A stretch of 64,000 bases of DNA from Octopus vulgaris (lineage: Eukaryota), in contig OX597836.1 in NCBI GenBank assembly GCA_951406725.2, positions 18,662,001-18,726,000 on the forward strand, given 5' to 3'. The position numbers were made by a program, and so were the translations under genes. Positions 13,369 through 26,474 of this stretch are shown here, one piece after another. A model generated the notes under the pieces. It saw nothing but the letters and a program-made list of their open reading frames with translations. It made no database searches and was not told where the DNA came from. Position 1 is the stretch's first letter; each line of letters begins with the position of its first letter.

Positions 13369-13742
13369 TCTCTCTCTATATATAAACAGCAGTTTGTCTG
13401 TGCGTGTTTCTGTGTGTCTGTTTGCTTGTACCCTCACCCTGACCACGGCTTTCAACCGATTCTGATGAAACTTGACACACACATAGCCCAATGTCATAAT
13501 TCAAAACTAACGCAGCGAAAATTTTGAAAAGTTCCCCCAGTTCTGAAAAAAATCGATAAATTCGACATGGGGTCGAGAATCAGAAACACAAACCACAGAC
13601 TGTCTAGGGGACGCACATCGACCTTTTAAACTAAAAAAAAAATTTACCATCATTTTTTTCCCATTTTTTGGCTATAACTCTCTAAAAATGCTTTATAGTT
13701 ATTTCCCTTACAAACCCGAGCAACGCCGGGTGATACTGCTAG
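13369..13742 (+). mobile_element. Non-autonomous Helitron (family H1)
   Basis: Near-identical to 2596-2992; A|TC start, cccgagcaacgccggg hairpin, CTAG|T end. Confidence 0.88.
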
Positions 13743-14918
13743 TAGGCGATAAATTACAAATTGGAAAGGATGTCGTTCGTACGTTTAATTATAAATATCT
13801 GAATGTTTATGCGAGTATGCGTTTGCGTGTATACATGTTCCTATTTGTGCGAGTATGTCTCTATGTGTGCATGTGTGTATATATGTGTGTGCGTACGCGC
13901 GTGTATGTGTGTGAGTGCGTATGTGCACGTCATTGAATGTAAGAGTGTGTACGAAGGTGTGGTGTGTTTGTGTGTTTGTGTGTTTCTTTACGAAACAGAG
14001 AGAAACTTCGCGTGGGTGTCTCTCTCTGCCTCGTCTATGTACTGTGTAGATCTGTGTGTAAATGAGTATATGTATGTGTGTATGTATATATTTTCGAATG
14101 TGCATCTGCGTCAATTCATCTGTGTGTGTGAGTGTGTGTACGTTTCATGTATATGTTCTTGCGTGAGTATGTACGCTCACATATATGCGTGTGTGTGTAT
14201 CTGTGAATCTGTGTGTTTCTGAGAATGTCTACATCCGTGTGCTTCTGTGTCTATTTCAATATATAGGTGAGGGGGGGGGGGGCTATGTATATTCATGTGA
14301 ACGTGTATACGAGTGTGTGTGTGTGTGTGTGTGAGTGCACGAGCGCGCGTATTAGTGTGTATAACGATGTGGTGTATGAGAGGGATATAGACAGAGAGAG
14401 ACTTTGAGTTGGTGTCCATATGTGTATCCTTCTATGTATGTATGCATGTATGTACGCATGTATGTATGTATATATGTATGTATGTATGTATGTACGTACG
14501 AATGTATGTATGTATGTATGTACGTACGAATGTATTTATGTATGTATGTACGTACGAACGTATGTATGTACGTACGTACGCATGTATGTATGTATGTATG
14601 TATGTATGTATGTATGTATGTATGTATGTATGTATGTATGTATATATGTATGTATGTACGTACGTATGTATATATGTATGTATGTACGTACGTACGTATG
14701 TATGTATGTATGAAATATATATAATTAAATGTACACGTGTCTTTATATACAGTGAACTTTGTGTAAATTAAACTGATTATATATGTCTTGAGTGTGTGTG
14801 TGTGTGTGTGTGTACATATGTGTGTGTGTATACGAGTATGTATGTGTGTAAATGGTCGTGTACACGTACATGCATGCACGTGCGTGTTTACGTACGTGTA
14901 TGTGCGTGCATGTGTGCA

Positions 14919-14952
<34 letters not shown>

Positions 14953-15482
14953 CGTTTTTGAGTGTGTGTGTGTGTGTAAAGGTTAGTTGCGATGCAACAG
15001 AAGCAAGGCTGGATTGAGATGTTTCGATGATTTATCGATCAATATCGATCGATCGACTACCAACAGATTTATGGTTTCAGACACTTGTCGACATTGATGC
15101 CGCAATCGACAGGTTTTTTTGTTTTGTTTTTTTTTGCTTGTTTGTTTTTGTTTTTTGTGCGTGTCTTTGAACACGTACATCTATACGCACTGTCATATAT
15201 ACACGCATAATTGTATGAATAAATGTGTAGGTATGTATGAACTATATATATATATACACAGATATGTATGTGTGTGTGTGTATGTATGCATGTATGTATG
15301 TATGTATGTATGTATGTATGTATGTATGCATGCATGTATGTATGTATATACGTACGTATGCATGTTTGTATGTATGTACGTACATATGTATATGTGTATG
15401 CATGTATGTATATATGTGTATATGTGCTTGGTTTCACAAAAGCGAGTAGAAGTTAACACAGCGTTTGTATATACGTATCTAG

Positions 15483-15519
<37 letters not shown>

Positions 15520-15617
15520 CATGTGTGTGTCTGTGAGTCCGTCTGTCTGTATACATTCATACATACATACAAAGATATATATATATATACTCACACACAC
15601 ACATACACACATACACA

Positions 15618-15696
<79 letters not shown>

Positions 15697-16238
15697 GCAT
15701 ACGTAGATGTGTATTATTTGGTCATCAGAAGTACTCAGATGAAAGAAAATCACTGATCTACCTTCTACCCTACTATATTAAGCTTGCACAATCGCCCTCC
15801 CCTGGAAGCACACACACACACACATACACATACAAACACACACGCACACACATATACGTGCGCATACAATGAACACACCCTTGTGAATAGTTTGGTTGCT
15901 GCTTCATAAATGTCACTTGTTTATTGTGTGACAGTTTTCCAATATGGCAGCCACATACAGCTAAATCACATGACATTCAGGTTTTATTAATTCAGCTGTG
16001 TAAAGCTAAGTCTATCTTTCTCTTCCCTCTCTCTTTTTCAATGTGTGTGTACGTGTGTGTGCACTTGTGTGTGTGCTAGTGTATGTGCACATACATGTAT
16101 TTTATGCACTTACAGACACAAGTGCACACTCGCACACACTCATACACACACATCAGTTTCATAATCTGTATCGTAAACTTAGCACGTCTTGTGTGTTTAT
16201 TACCTCTTGTTCTTCGCACTATATGCATGTGTTCGTGG

Positions 16239-16286
<48 letters not shown>

Positions 16287-16288
<2 letters not shown>

Positions 16289-16428
16289 GATGGGCTTCCT
16301 CATAGTTTCCCGTTGCCAAATTCACTCGAAAGGCATTGGTCGGCCCGGGGTTGCCGCAATTTAGGACTGACTCAGAAATCATGCGGCTGCAAAGCTACCT
16401 TCTTATTCACACAGCGATGCCTGTGCTC
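16287..16428 (-). mobile_element. Diverged SINE family B 5' part
   Basis: tacgatgggcttc...ggtcggcccggg...cacacagcgatgcc. Confidence 0.6.
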
Positions 16429-16484
16429 ATATACATAGAGAGAAGCCATTTTTTAGCTCGCGTTTTATAAAAAAATATTCCTAA

Positions 16485-16564
<80 letters not shown>

Positions 16565-16669
16565 CATGTATGTATGTATGTATGTATGTATGTATGTATG
16601 TATGTATGTATATTTTATATGCTGGTCACTGATAAAATTTTTAATGATTTTATCGTTTAATTATATTTG

Positions 16670-16870
16670 TATATGTCTGTGTGTTTTTGTGCCTGTCTTA
16701 GTCCCCAACATCGCCTGACAACTACTGTTGGTCTGTTTACGTCCTCGTATGTTAGCAGTTAGTCAAGAGTGAGCGATAGAATAAGTACCACTCCTAGGGT
16801 CGGTTTATTCGACTAAAACCCTTCAAGGTGGTGCTGCAGCATGACCACAGTCAAATGACTGAAACAAGGA
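16670..16870 (+). mobile_element. Diverged SINE family B 3' half
   Basis: gatagaataagtac...cagcatgaccacagtcaaatgactgaaacaag. Confidence 0.8.
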
Positions 16871-16875
16871 GAAGG

Positions 16876-17226
<351 letters not shown>

Positions 17227-17769
17227 GAGGGAGAGAGAGAGACAGACAGATCAGAAAAGCCAGCTCCCGATACCATTTCTCAGAAGATTTCTTGAAGGGG
17301 TCTTAACGCTGAAATATTGAAATACAACGTAAAAGTACAAACCATTGACCCGTGTTATTACTGTGCATGTGCGTGTGTGTGTTTTGTGTGCATGTATATA
17401 TATTTGGAGGAATCGACAATATGTGGAAACAGATTAGATAGTGAGAAGTACAACATCATGGAATTACAAAAGGAAACGAATTTATTTGACAGAAAGTGTA
17501 GAAATGTTCATGGAGAGAAAAAAAGAGAGAGAGAGAGAGAGATGTGAGGCGAGTGAAAGCAATGGTAAAAAGACATAAAGGTGAAGGAAATGGGGGAGAG
17601 AGAGTGAGTGAAGTGTAAAGCAGAGGTACCAAGTGATATGGTATGGGTAAGTCACAAGATTTTTACTTCCGTGTCAGAATTCTTTCATATGATTATAATT
17701 TGAAAAAATATACTAAGAGAAGTGTGGAGCTTAGAATGTATGGAAGCCTAGATGTGAGCATAATCTTTC

Positions 17770-18197
17770 TTTTATCTTTTATGTTTCGCTTCTTTCAATC
17801 TTTGATTGAAGCCATGCTGTGGCACCCGTCGTAAAAGAGTTTTGGTCGAATAAATGGAACCCAGTACTTCGTTTTTCGTTTTAAGTGTGGTACTTTTGCT
17901 ATCGGCCTCATCTGCCGAACCACTAAATCACAGAGATGTAAACGTGCCAATACTTGTTGTAAAGCGATGGCGGGTGGAGAAAGAGAAACACAAGGACACA
18001 CACATGCTCACAGAATCGCGCGTGCGCGTACAAGCATATATTTATAACGGGCCTCCGTCTAACAGACTTACAAGGTATTGGTTTCGGCCCGTGGGTGTAG
18101 TATAAAACACTTGCCCAATGTACAATGCAGTGGGACTGAACCCGAAGCCACGTGGTTGAAAAGTGACCTTCTTCACCACACTGCCGTCTCTGCGCCT
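17770..18197 (-). mobile_element. Old, diverged SINE family B copy
   Basis: cacttgcccaa...cagtgggactgaaccc...caccacactgcc head on the minus strand plus a degenerate 3' half. Confidence 0.75.
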
Positions 18198-18850
18198 AAA
18201 TGGTAAGCAAAATATCGGAGTAGAACAATAAAAGAAATATTGATATTTAGTTCAATTATCGTGTATTCAGCTGAGGTTTGCAGATTGTAGTTTGTATATT
18301 TGGGCTTCCATACATTCTGGTTGTTGCCTTGGCCAAGAATGTCTGTATTTTTCTCTCATAATCCCGTTCATGAAATGCCGTGACACTAAAACTGACTTTT
18401 GTTGTCATTCCCTTTACCTCTTATCTCTCGTGCTTACTCCATCTTTTTCCCCTTGCCCTTTCGCTCTCCTCTCTCTCTCTCTCTCTTTATATATCCCCCT
18501 CTTTCTCCCACCCTCTCTCTCTCTCTCTCTCATCAACCTATTTACCTAGGCCACAGGAGAGAAGCTACGCTGTCGAGCCAGAAACTCATGTCTGCGACTG
18601 TCCTCTTATTTCACGGCAATAAGCTTGTCTGTCTCCTTAATACTTTGTCAGTTTGGAAAAAAGTCTTGGTTCTTGAGATTCTCTTCCTCTCTTACGCGGA
18701 CCTGGTCTTAATTGCTATTTGGTGATCTCTGCTTCAAGAGGTAGAAATGATATTAATAAATCAAGAATTTACGTTTTGTCCTGTACTGTCCATAATGTTT
18801 TTCTTAATGTAAACTCTCGTGGTTAATAAAGAAATCATCATTATTATTAT

Positions 18851-19049
18851 TACGGAGATATACTTGCATAGCAAGTGACTTGATCTGAGATCGTGTGCTG
18901 AAACGAAAACCATTGCAGCGTGGAAGGTGTTTATAAGCCATTTAAGAAACAAACAAAAACCGTTAGATTCACTTCAACATTTAAATTTAATTTGTCAAAA
19001 TATTTTCGTCGCTTTGAGACCACGACCTGTTCACTGACAAAATTCCGTG

Positions 19050-19050
<1 letters not shown>
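18851..19050 (-). mobile_element. Family F1: short non-coding Penelope-like/retrozyme-like element abutting (ATC)n/(ATT)n
   Basis: Single copy here; carries a well-formed hammerhead fold; flanked by trinucleotide microsatellites; extent approximate. Confidence 0.55.
18991..19041 (-). ncRNA. Minimal type I hammerhead ribozyme with G3-C8 core covariation
   Basis: Minus strand: tttgtca GTGAACA g gtcgt-ggtctcaaa-gcgac GAA AATATT T tgacaaa (7-bp stem I, 5-bp stem II, palindromic helix III). Confidence 0.72.
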
Positions 19051-19100
<50 letters not shown>

Positions 19101-19102
19101 GA

Positions 19103-19136
<34 letters not shown>

Positions 19137-19159
19137 CATTATTATTATTATTATTATTA

Positions 19160-19348
19160 AGGCGGACAGCAGTCACAATCGTTACCACGCCGGGCGAAAT
19201 GCTTAGCGACGTTTGATCCATTTTTTACGTTCTGAGTTCCTATTCCCCCGATGTTGGCTTTGCTTTTCATCCTTTCACCCTTTCATCCAGTTGAGCAGAG
19301 AGATCGATGTAATTGAAATTCCTATCCCTGTGCCAAAATTTGAAACCA
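19160..19348 (+). mobile_element. Diverged SINE family D with alternative tail (tgtgccaaaatttgaaacca)
   Basis: cacgccgggcgaaatgcttagc...ctttgcttttcatccttt. Confidence 0.75.
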
Positions 19349-19516
19349 TTTTTGTTTTATTTTAATTTTCATTATCCTTTTCTTTTTTTTCGGAATGCCA
19401 TTATCATATCTCTTCAGTATTCTCATTTGCGATGTCCTCTGATATTTTTATTCACACTTGATTAGTATCTGCTTTGTTACCAGTGCTGGAATGTTTTTTA
19501 TTATTAGCCTAGCATA

Positions 19517-19690
19517 AGGCTGCGAGCCAGTAGAATCGTCAGCGCCCCGGGCGAAATGCTTAGCAGCGTTTCGTCAGTCTTTACATTCTACGTTTATATT
19601 CTGCCAAGGTTTATTTCGTCTTTCATCTTTTGGGAATCTTTCAAATAAGTACCAGTTCGACACTGGGGTTGATGTAATCGACGTACCCTC
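19517..19690 (+). mobile_element. Diverged SINE family D
   Basis: ccgggcgaaatgcttagc...aagtaccagttcgacactggggttgatgtaatcgac. Confidence 0.75.
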
Positions 19691-20265
19691 TTCCTTTTCT
19701 TTGCTTCTTTTTCCCTTTTTCTCCAGCTTCACCTTTTTTCTTTTTCTCTTTTCTTCTGCTTCTAATCCTATCTACATTTGATTGGCTATTACTAAGCAAC
19801 ATACAAGGCTTGACAAACGCACAACGTAAAAGCGCCCCTTTTGATGCAAGTCTAAGTTCCACACTTCTGATTAAAATGGCAAATATTACATAACTTTTCA
19901 CATGAACATTTTGCATACAATGGCCTTAAAAACAATTGTTCCTGTCAAAGATATGCTAAGGTGTTTTTTGTCAGCAAATTCTACTCTTCGCTGGATCCAC
20001 TTAGCCTGGATTTTATCTGCAGCACTCCCAAAATTTTGGATTTTTATTCGCATTCATAGCAGCTCAGGCTGCTATCTATGAACTATAAAAATTATTTTAG
20101 CCCCTTCTATAGGTGAAAAGCCTACAACCACCGACACCAATGAATTATTATTGTTCCTGAACGTTGTTTGTTATACCTACCACGGACTGATCGAAGGTTA
20201 CTAACTCCCTACACTTAGATCCTTAGATCTTACAATTACACATACATAAACACACACACACACAC

Positions 20266-20348
<83 letters not shown>

Positions 20349-20351
<3 letters not shown>

Positions 20352-20566
20352 GAGAGTTTACGAAAAAAACAACGAAAGACGAAGGCAGTTGGTGTACAAA
20401 ACAAACAGATGTATTAGTATAACGCTCAGGAATAGAAAAAGTATTTTACATTTCGAGCCTACGCTCTTCTACAGAAAAGGACACAGAAAACAAGGAGAGA
20501 GAAAAGGAGAGGAAAAAGGGAGAGAAAAAAGGAGAGAAAAACGTGTGTAGTGGTTAGCGATCTATC

Positions 20567-20568
<2 letters not shown>
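20349..20568 (-). mobile_element. Family E hammerhead-bearing element within (TA)n
   Basis: tttcgagcctacgctcttctacagaaa (reverse complement of the motif; helix III has a C>T change). Confidence 0.75.
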
Positions 20569-20604
<36 letters not shown>

Positions 20605-20622
20605 CATACATACATACATACA

Positions 20623-20656
<34 letters not shown>

Positions 20657-21139
20657 CCAACTCACTTTTTCTTATAATCCTTATAATCTTTCTGTGTCGA
20701 CCATATTAATTATTGAATGTCCAAATGTTTACATTTAAATCTATGTCTGTGTTTGAGCGTGTGTATGCACATGCATATACCTTTGTGTACATGTACTTAT
20801 ACGTGTATGAACATGCATACATACATATATATGTGTGTGTGTGTGTGTGTGTGAGTGTGGAGGGATGATGGATCTCGCCCAATTATTTATCTAAAATTAA
20901 TCAAGTATGATTATCTCCTATTTGAATCAGTTCAAAGTTGTCACTCCATTTTCTCACTGCTCTTCAGTTTACCCCTCCCTCTCTCCCTCTCTCCCTCTCT
21001 CTTCCTCCTACTTCCTCCCATTACCACACTGGCTCAGGATTTAGCGGTTAATTATCTTTCAGTCCAATACTACCTAACCTAGTCACCAAACAGTCTGATC
21101 TGATCTGTCTTCACACACACACACACAGACACAGACACA

Positions 21140-21201
<62 letters not shown>

Positions 21202-21369
21202 TACACGAACATATAGATATATATTGGTTTTCTACTATTTTCCTTCATTTTCACGGCTTCCATATTTGTGCTTTCTGATTCATACTTCATTTTATCTTGT
21301 TCACTTTTATCTTTAGTTGATTTTTTTTTCTACCTTTAAATTTACTTACTATCTTTCATTTTCTTGTTA

Positions 21370-21713
21370 CTGTTGCTGTTGCTGTTGAGCGAACAGTCTT
21401 CGTCCCAGAGCTCGCAAGATGGGAGAAGTACGAAACGTGGTCCTTTGCTATTCGTAAGACCCGCAGAAGAGAAAGCAGGTCAACCCCCGACACCGAGAGC
21501 ATCGACGGATGGATGAATGCGCATCCAGGCTCAGCGGTTGCGTAGGAAGTCGGAGACAAGAAACAGGAAGAAAGAGTGAGAGAAAGTTGGGGCGAAAGAG
21601 TACAACAGGGGTCGCCACCACCACCTGCCGGAGCTTCGTGGAACTTTAGGTGTTTTCGCTCAATAAACACACACAACGCCCGGTCTGGGAATCGAAAGTG
21701 CGATCCTCCGACC
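21370..21713 (-). mobile_element. SINE with family-A 5' body but a different 3' tail ending in (AACAGC)n
   Basis: 21557-21713 matches the A body; 21390-21556 is unrelated to the A tail. Confidence 0.8.
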
Positions 21714-21819
21714 CCTCCTCCACTGCAGTTGATATTGTAAGACTTTGCCGCCGTCGTTGTAGTGTAATGAGAGTTATAGTAGTGTAGAAAATAACTGTAT
21801 ATGTAGTGGTGGTGGTGGT

Positions 21820-22085
21820 GCTCAGTGGTTAGGGCAGTGGACTCGCGTTCATAGGATCGCGGTTTCGATTCCCAGACCGGGTGCTGTGGGTGTTTATTGA
21901 GCGAAAACACCTAAATCTCCACGAGGCTCCGGCGAGGTTGGGGGGGGACCCTGTTGTACTATTTCACCACAACTTTCTCTCATTCTTTCTTCTTGTTTCT
22001 GCTGTACCTGTGTTTCAAAGGGCCAGCCTGGTCACACTCTGTGTCACGCTGAATCTCCCCGAGAGCTACGTTAAGGGTACACGTA
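21820..22085 (+). mobile_element. SINE family A, 3'-truncated at a (TA)n/family E junction
   Basis: gctcagtggttagggcagtggactcgc...gttaagggtacacgt. Confidence 0.88.
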
Positions 22086-22095
22086 TATATATATA

Positions 22096-22305
22096 ACGGG
22101 AAGCTTTATATGAAAATAAACAAAAGACGAAGGCAGGTGGAATACAAACAAACAATTGTATTAGTATGGCGCTCAGGAATATAAATAAAACAAGTCTTTT
22201 ACGTTTCGAGCCTACGCTCTTCAACAGAAAGATACACAGAAAAGAAACACAGAAAGAAACAAGGAGAGAACTAAAATGCGTGCAGAGGCTAGCGAATCAA
22301 CATGA
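22096..22305 (-). mobile_element. Family E hammerhead-bearing element
   Basis: Minus strand tcttt-CTGTTGA-a-gagcgtaggctc-GAAACGTA-aaaga. Confidence 0.78.
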
Positions 22306-22792
22306 TATATATATATAAACTCCTAAGATATTTTATCTATTTTAGCTTCTGATGTATTTTAACTAGTAAAGACAAATTCACAGCACTTACCGAAGAGAAA
22401 ATATTCTCATTTATAGTAAATGGTATTAAAATACCAGCATTGCAAATAACCACAACTATGAAACGTACGTAAGCAACAAATAGCACAAACTTTTGCTACC
22501 ATAGTTTCTCCTCTATATATTTTTGAATGTGTGTGCCTGTGTTTGTGTGTGTCTGTGTGTCTAAGCATCTAAGTGTGAGTGTGTGTGTGAGTAATTCTAC
22601 GTGCGTATTTTTACGTATATCTTTATATATATTCACATGATTTTTACCCTTTTACAGAACGGAATCAAAAATATTAACTGCCGTATCAAATACCAGATAA
22701 TACCAAATGCAATAAATCACACTTAATCAAAACTACAGATCAACTTATGCAATAGATATGCCTCTGTATATATCATCCTTTTTTCGTTGCAC

Positions 22793-22920
<128 letters not shown>

Positions 22921-23058
22921 GCTGTTTGATGAAGATGCATGATGCCATAACTCACATAAATTTCCATAAAAGAGATTATATAAAACGGCTTGTTTGCATG
23001 TGTATTTGCGAAAAATGTTTTGTGTGTGCGCGTGTACATTGATGCTGCAGTGTGTCTG

Positions 23059-23132
<74 letters not shown>

Positions 23133-23490
23133 GCGAGTGTGTGTGTTTGTGTATTTGCGCCCGCGCGTGTGTGTTTGTTTTCGTGGAAATAAATCATGTT
23201 TTTGCCATTAGACAAGTGGAATCGGCGATAAATAATCAAATATTGGAAACCAAATTAATTGAACGTATGTGACAACGTGGCGTATATACTGTTTTTATAT
23301 GTTTAAATAAAAACAAATGACTATATTAAATGATTAAATGTACACATAGAGATTGTGAGTGGGTATAAACAAGACCATCGGCATATACACCCACACACAT
23401 CATACACACACTAACCAAGGCTCAAAACTCAAAACATATATATATTTGTATTGCATATGTGTATGAGTGTGCCTATTTATTTATATATGT

Positions 23491-23533
<43 letters not shown>

Positions 23534-23976
23534 CACACAAAAAGATTTAATATGTAATAATGCTTTATATATATATGTGTGTGTGGATGTGATTGTGAGC
23601 GTTTGTGCAAATTTATGCGTGTACATACATGAATAAAATATGCATATATACTTATAAGCACACACATATTAGTGTATTTACACATATGCATAGACACACA
23701 TGCACATACATGCATACGAATACCCGTCACATCTGAACTCACTGACAGTCGCAATTTTGCATAACATATACCTGCTTTCATATATGTATATATGTATATA
23801 TATATATATACACACGTACACAACTCAAAGACGCACAGATGCATGCGTATATAGAAACGTGCACGCATACACACATGACTATGAGTATCTTTATTCACTA
23901 TATAAATATTTATACATGTATACATATACACAAACAAACACACACACATACATACACACATACATACATACATACA

Positions 23977-24010
<34 letters not shown>

Positions 24011-24332
24011 CATACATGCATACATACATACACACTATACTCCCTACATGTCTGTCTGCGTAAGCATATGCATGCACAAATATGTACGCACTTTGGCTAT
24101 GTTAGACGAATATATGTGAATGCATACGTTCAGGGACACACACACCCTCACACATATACTCACACACACTCATATACACTCACACAATCATATATATAAA
24201 TATACTCATATATATATATATATATATATATTGATATATATATGTATGTATATATATCAATATATATATATACATATATATATATTCATATATGTATATA
24301 TATTCATATATATATATTCATATATATATATA

Positions 24333-24382
<50 letters not shown>

Positions 24383-24397
24383 TCAAGAAAAGAAGGG

Positions 24398-24833
24398 TCA
24401 GTCGCCATGATAGATCGTTAGCTACTACACACATTTTTTCTCTCCTTGATTTTTCTCTGTCCCTTCTGTAGAAGAGCGTAGGCTCGAAACGTAAAAGATT
24501 TTTTTTCTATTCCTGAGCGTTATACTAATACATCTGTTTGTTTTATACACCACCTGTCTTCGTCGTTTGTTTTTTTCGTAAACTCTCCCTAACCCCTACT
24601 TTCCTTCTCCCGTCTGACCATTCTGTCCGAGTCAGACGCCATGATAGATCGTTAGCCACTACACACATTTTTTCTCTCCTTGTTTCTCTCCTTGTTTTTT
24701 CTGTGTACCTTTCTGTAGAAGAGCGTAGGCTTGAAACGTAAAATACTTTTTCTATTCCTGAGCGCTATACTAATACATCTGTTTGTTTTGTACACCCCTG
24801 TCTTCGCCTTTGGTTTTTTTCGTAAACTTTCCC
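24398..24833 (+). mobile_element. Tandem dimer of family E (two hammerhead motifs 247 nt apart)
   Basis: CTGTAGA cores start at 24466 and 24713; ~45-bp spacer; flanked by (TA)n. Confidence 0.8.
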
Positions 24834-24853
24834 TATATATATATATATATATA

Positions 24854-25404
24854 CGAGCAAAACACCACCCATCAATGGACCGTGCTGAGATGTCAAACAT
24901 TTACACAAAATTTTCTCAAAACCACTTGTCCGACCGTTACAGCGGTCTCCATTTTGAGAAACACTGATTTGACCAAAATTTGAGACACCAGCAAAAGAAG
25001 TAATAAAGATAGATTTTTTTCTATTAAAAAAAAAAACGATTTTATTCACACAAATATGCAACCGAAGAGTTTAAAGTACCAGTAATAATAAGGCTGTTGA
25101 CTGGGAGAACACAAACATGGTTTAAACAGTAAGCTTGGCAGGAAAGAAACGTGTCTTTACGCAGTACAAAAACAGCAAAAAATGGAAGGTGCAGTTATGT
25201 ACAGGTTGACGGAAGAAAAGCAGGACAAAAACGGCTTTATCGATCGCATTCTCACCTGGAATCGATTTTTGTAATTTTTTCAAGACTTATACACGTCCTG
25301 ATACCGTCGGTATCTACGTATTAAATTTGAGTGCAATTGGATCGAGGATGCCCGAGATCCTTGAAGGCACACACACACACACAGAACGGATTTTATATAA
25401 GAGA
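24854..25404 (-). mobile_element. Non-autonomous Helitron (family H3)
   Basis: Minus strand starts A|TCTCTTATATAAAA followed by (TG)n; degenerate 3' end CTCG|T with a weak hairpin. Confidence 0.6.
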
Positions 25405-25438
25405 TATGTATATGTATATATACATATATACATATATG

Positions 25439-26370
25439 CTAGCAGAAACACCCGTTGTTGACTGGATTAAAAAAATGCTGATGATCTCTCGTATTTCAGT
25501 CTATAAATAAAGCAAATATCGCACAAACTTTCGCTTATGAAATATGATTTTGGGGAAAACTAAAAAATATATTTAAAAATTTATTACAACAAAAATACAA
25601 GTAACTTTTCTCAGATGTGTATAGTGGAAGCACTCCGTCGGTTACGACGATGAGGGTTCCGGTTGATCCGAATCAACGGAACAGCCTGCTCGTGAAATTA
25701 ACGTGTAAGTGGCTGAGCACTCCACAGACACGTGCACCCTTAACGTAGTTCTCGGGTATATTCAGCGTGACACAGAATGACAAGGCCGGCCCCTTGAAAT
25801 ACAGGTACAACAGAAACAGGAAGTAAGAGTGAGAGAAAGTTGTGGTGAAAGAGTACAGCAGGGATCACCACCATCCCCTGCCGGAGCCTCGTGGAACTTT
25901 TAGGTGTTTTCGCTCAATAAACACTTACAACGCCCGGTCTGGGAATCGAAACCGCGATCCTATGACCGCGAGTTCGCTGCCCTAACCACTGGGCCATTGC
26001 GCCTCCTAAGACGTGTATAGTATGACGTTGACAATACCAATTCAAAAGTTATTATTCATTCTGCAAATTTGAGTTTGTTGATCTCATGCTAAAGACTTCC
26101 TTATGGACAATGTTTCGCTTTCACCAGCAGTAGCGAAAATGAAAAGATTCTTCTTGCTCCCCACTCTGGACGCCCCAAAATATAACTGACCGCGCGAAAA
26201 CCAGTCCTCTTCTATTTGTAAACTACCAACTTCCAAAATCTTACCTTGGGATTTATTAATGGACATCGCAAAGTGTTAAAGGCAAGCGAGGAATAAAAAC
26301 ATTTTCGCCTTTTCCACAGACAGAAATTATTATGGCCTCTATGAAACTTCACGTTAATGGATCCATAACT
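25439..26370 (-). mobile_element. 3' remnant of an autonomous Helitron (PIF1-like helicase C-terminus plus CTAG terminus)
   Basis: IEAIIISVCGKGENVFIPRLPL then FAMSINKSQG...FSRGQLYFGASRVGSKKNL (C-terminal helicase motifs, ORF 26084-26266); CTAG at 25439-25442 next to a hairpin-like cccgttgttgactgg. Confidence 0.85.
25626..26008 (-). mobile_element. SINE family A, full length, nested in the Helitron 3' region
   Basis: 13-bp TSD agatgtgtatagt / agacgtgtatagt (25613-25625, 26009-26021). Confidence 0.92.
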
Positions 26371-26474
26371 AACGTCTCGGCTATAACCATGGAGCCTTTA
26401 GTAATCCGTTATAGCACTTACCTAACGTACCTAACCGTTTAGATCACCTGTGAGCTAAACTCCCGTCCTTTGCA

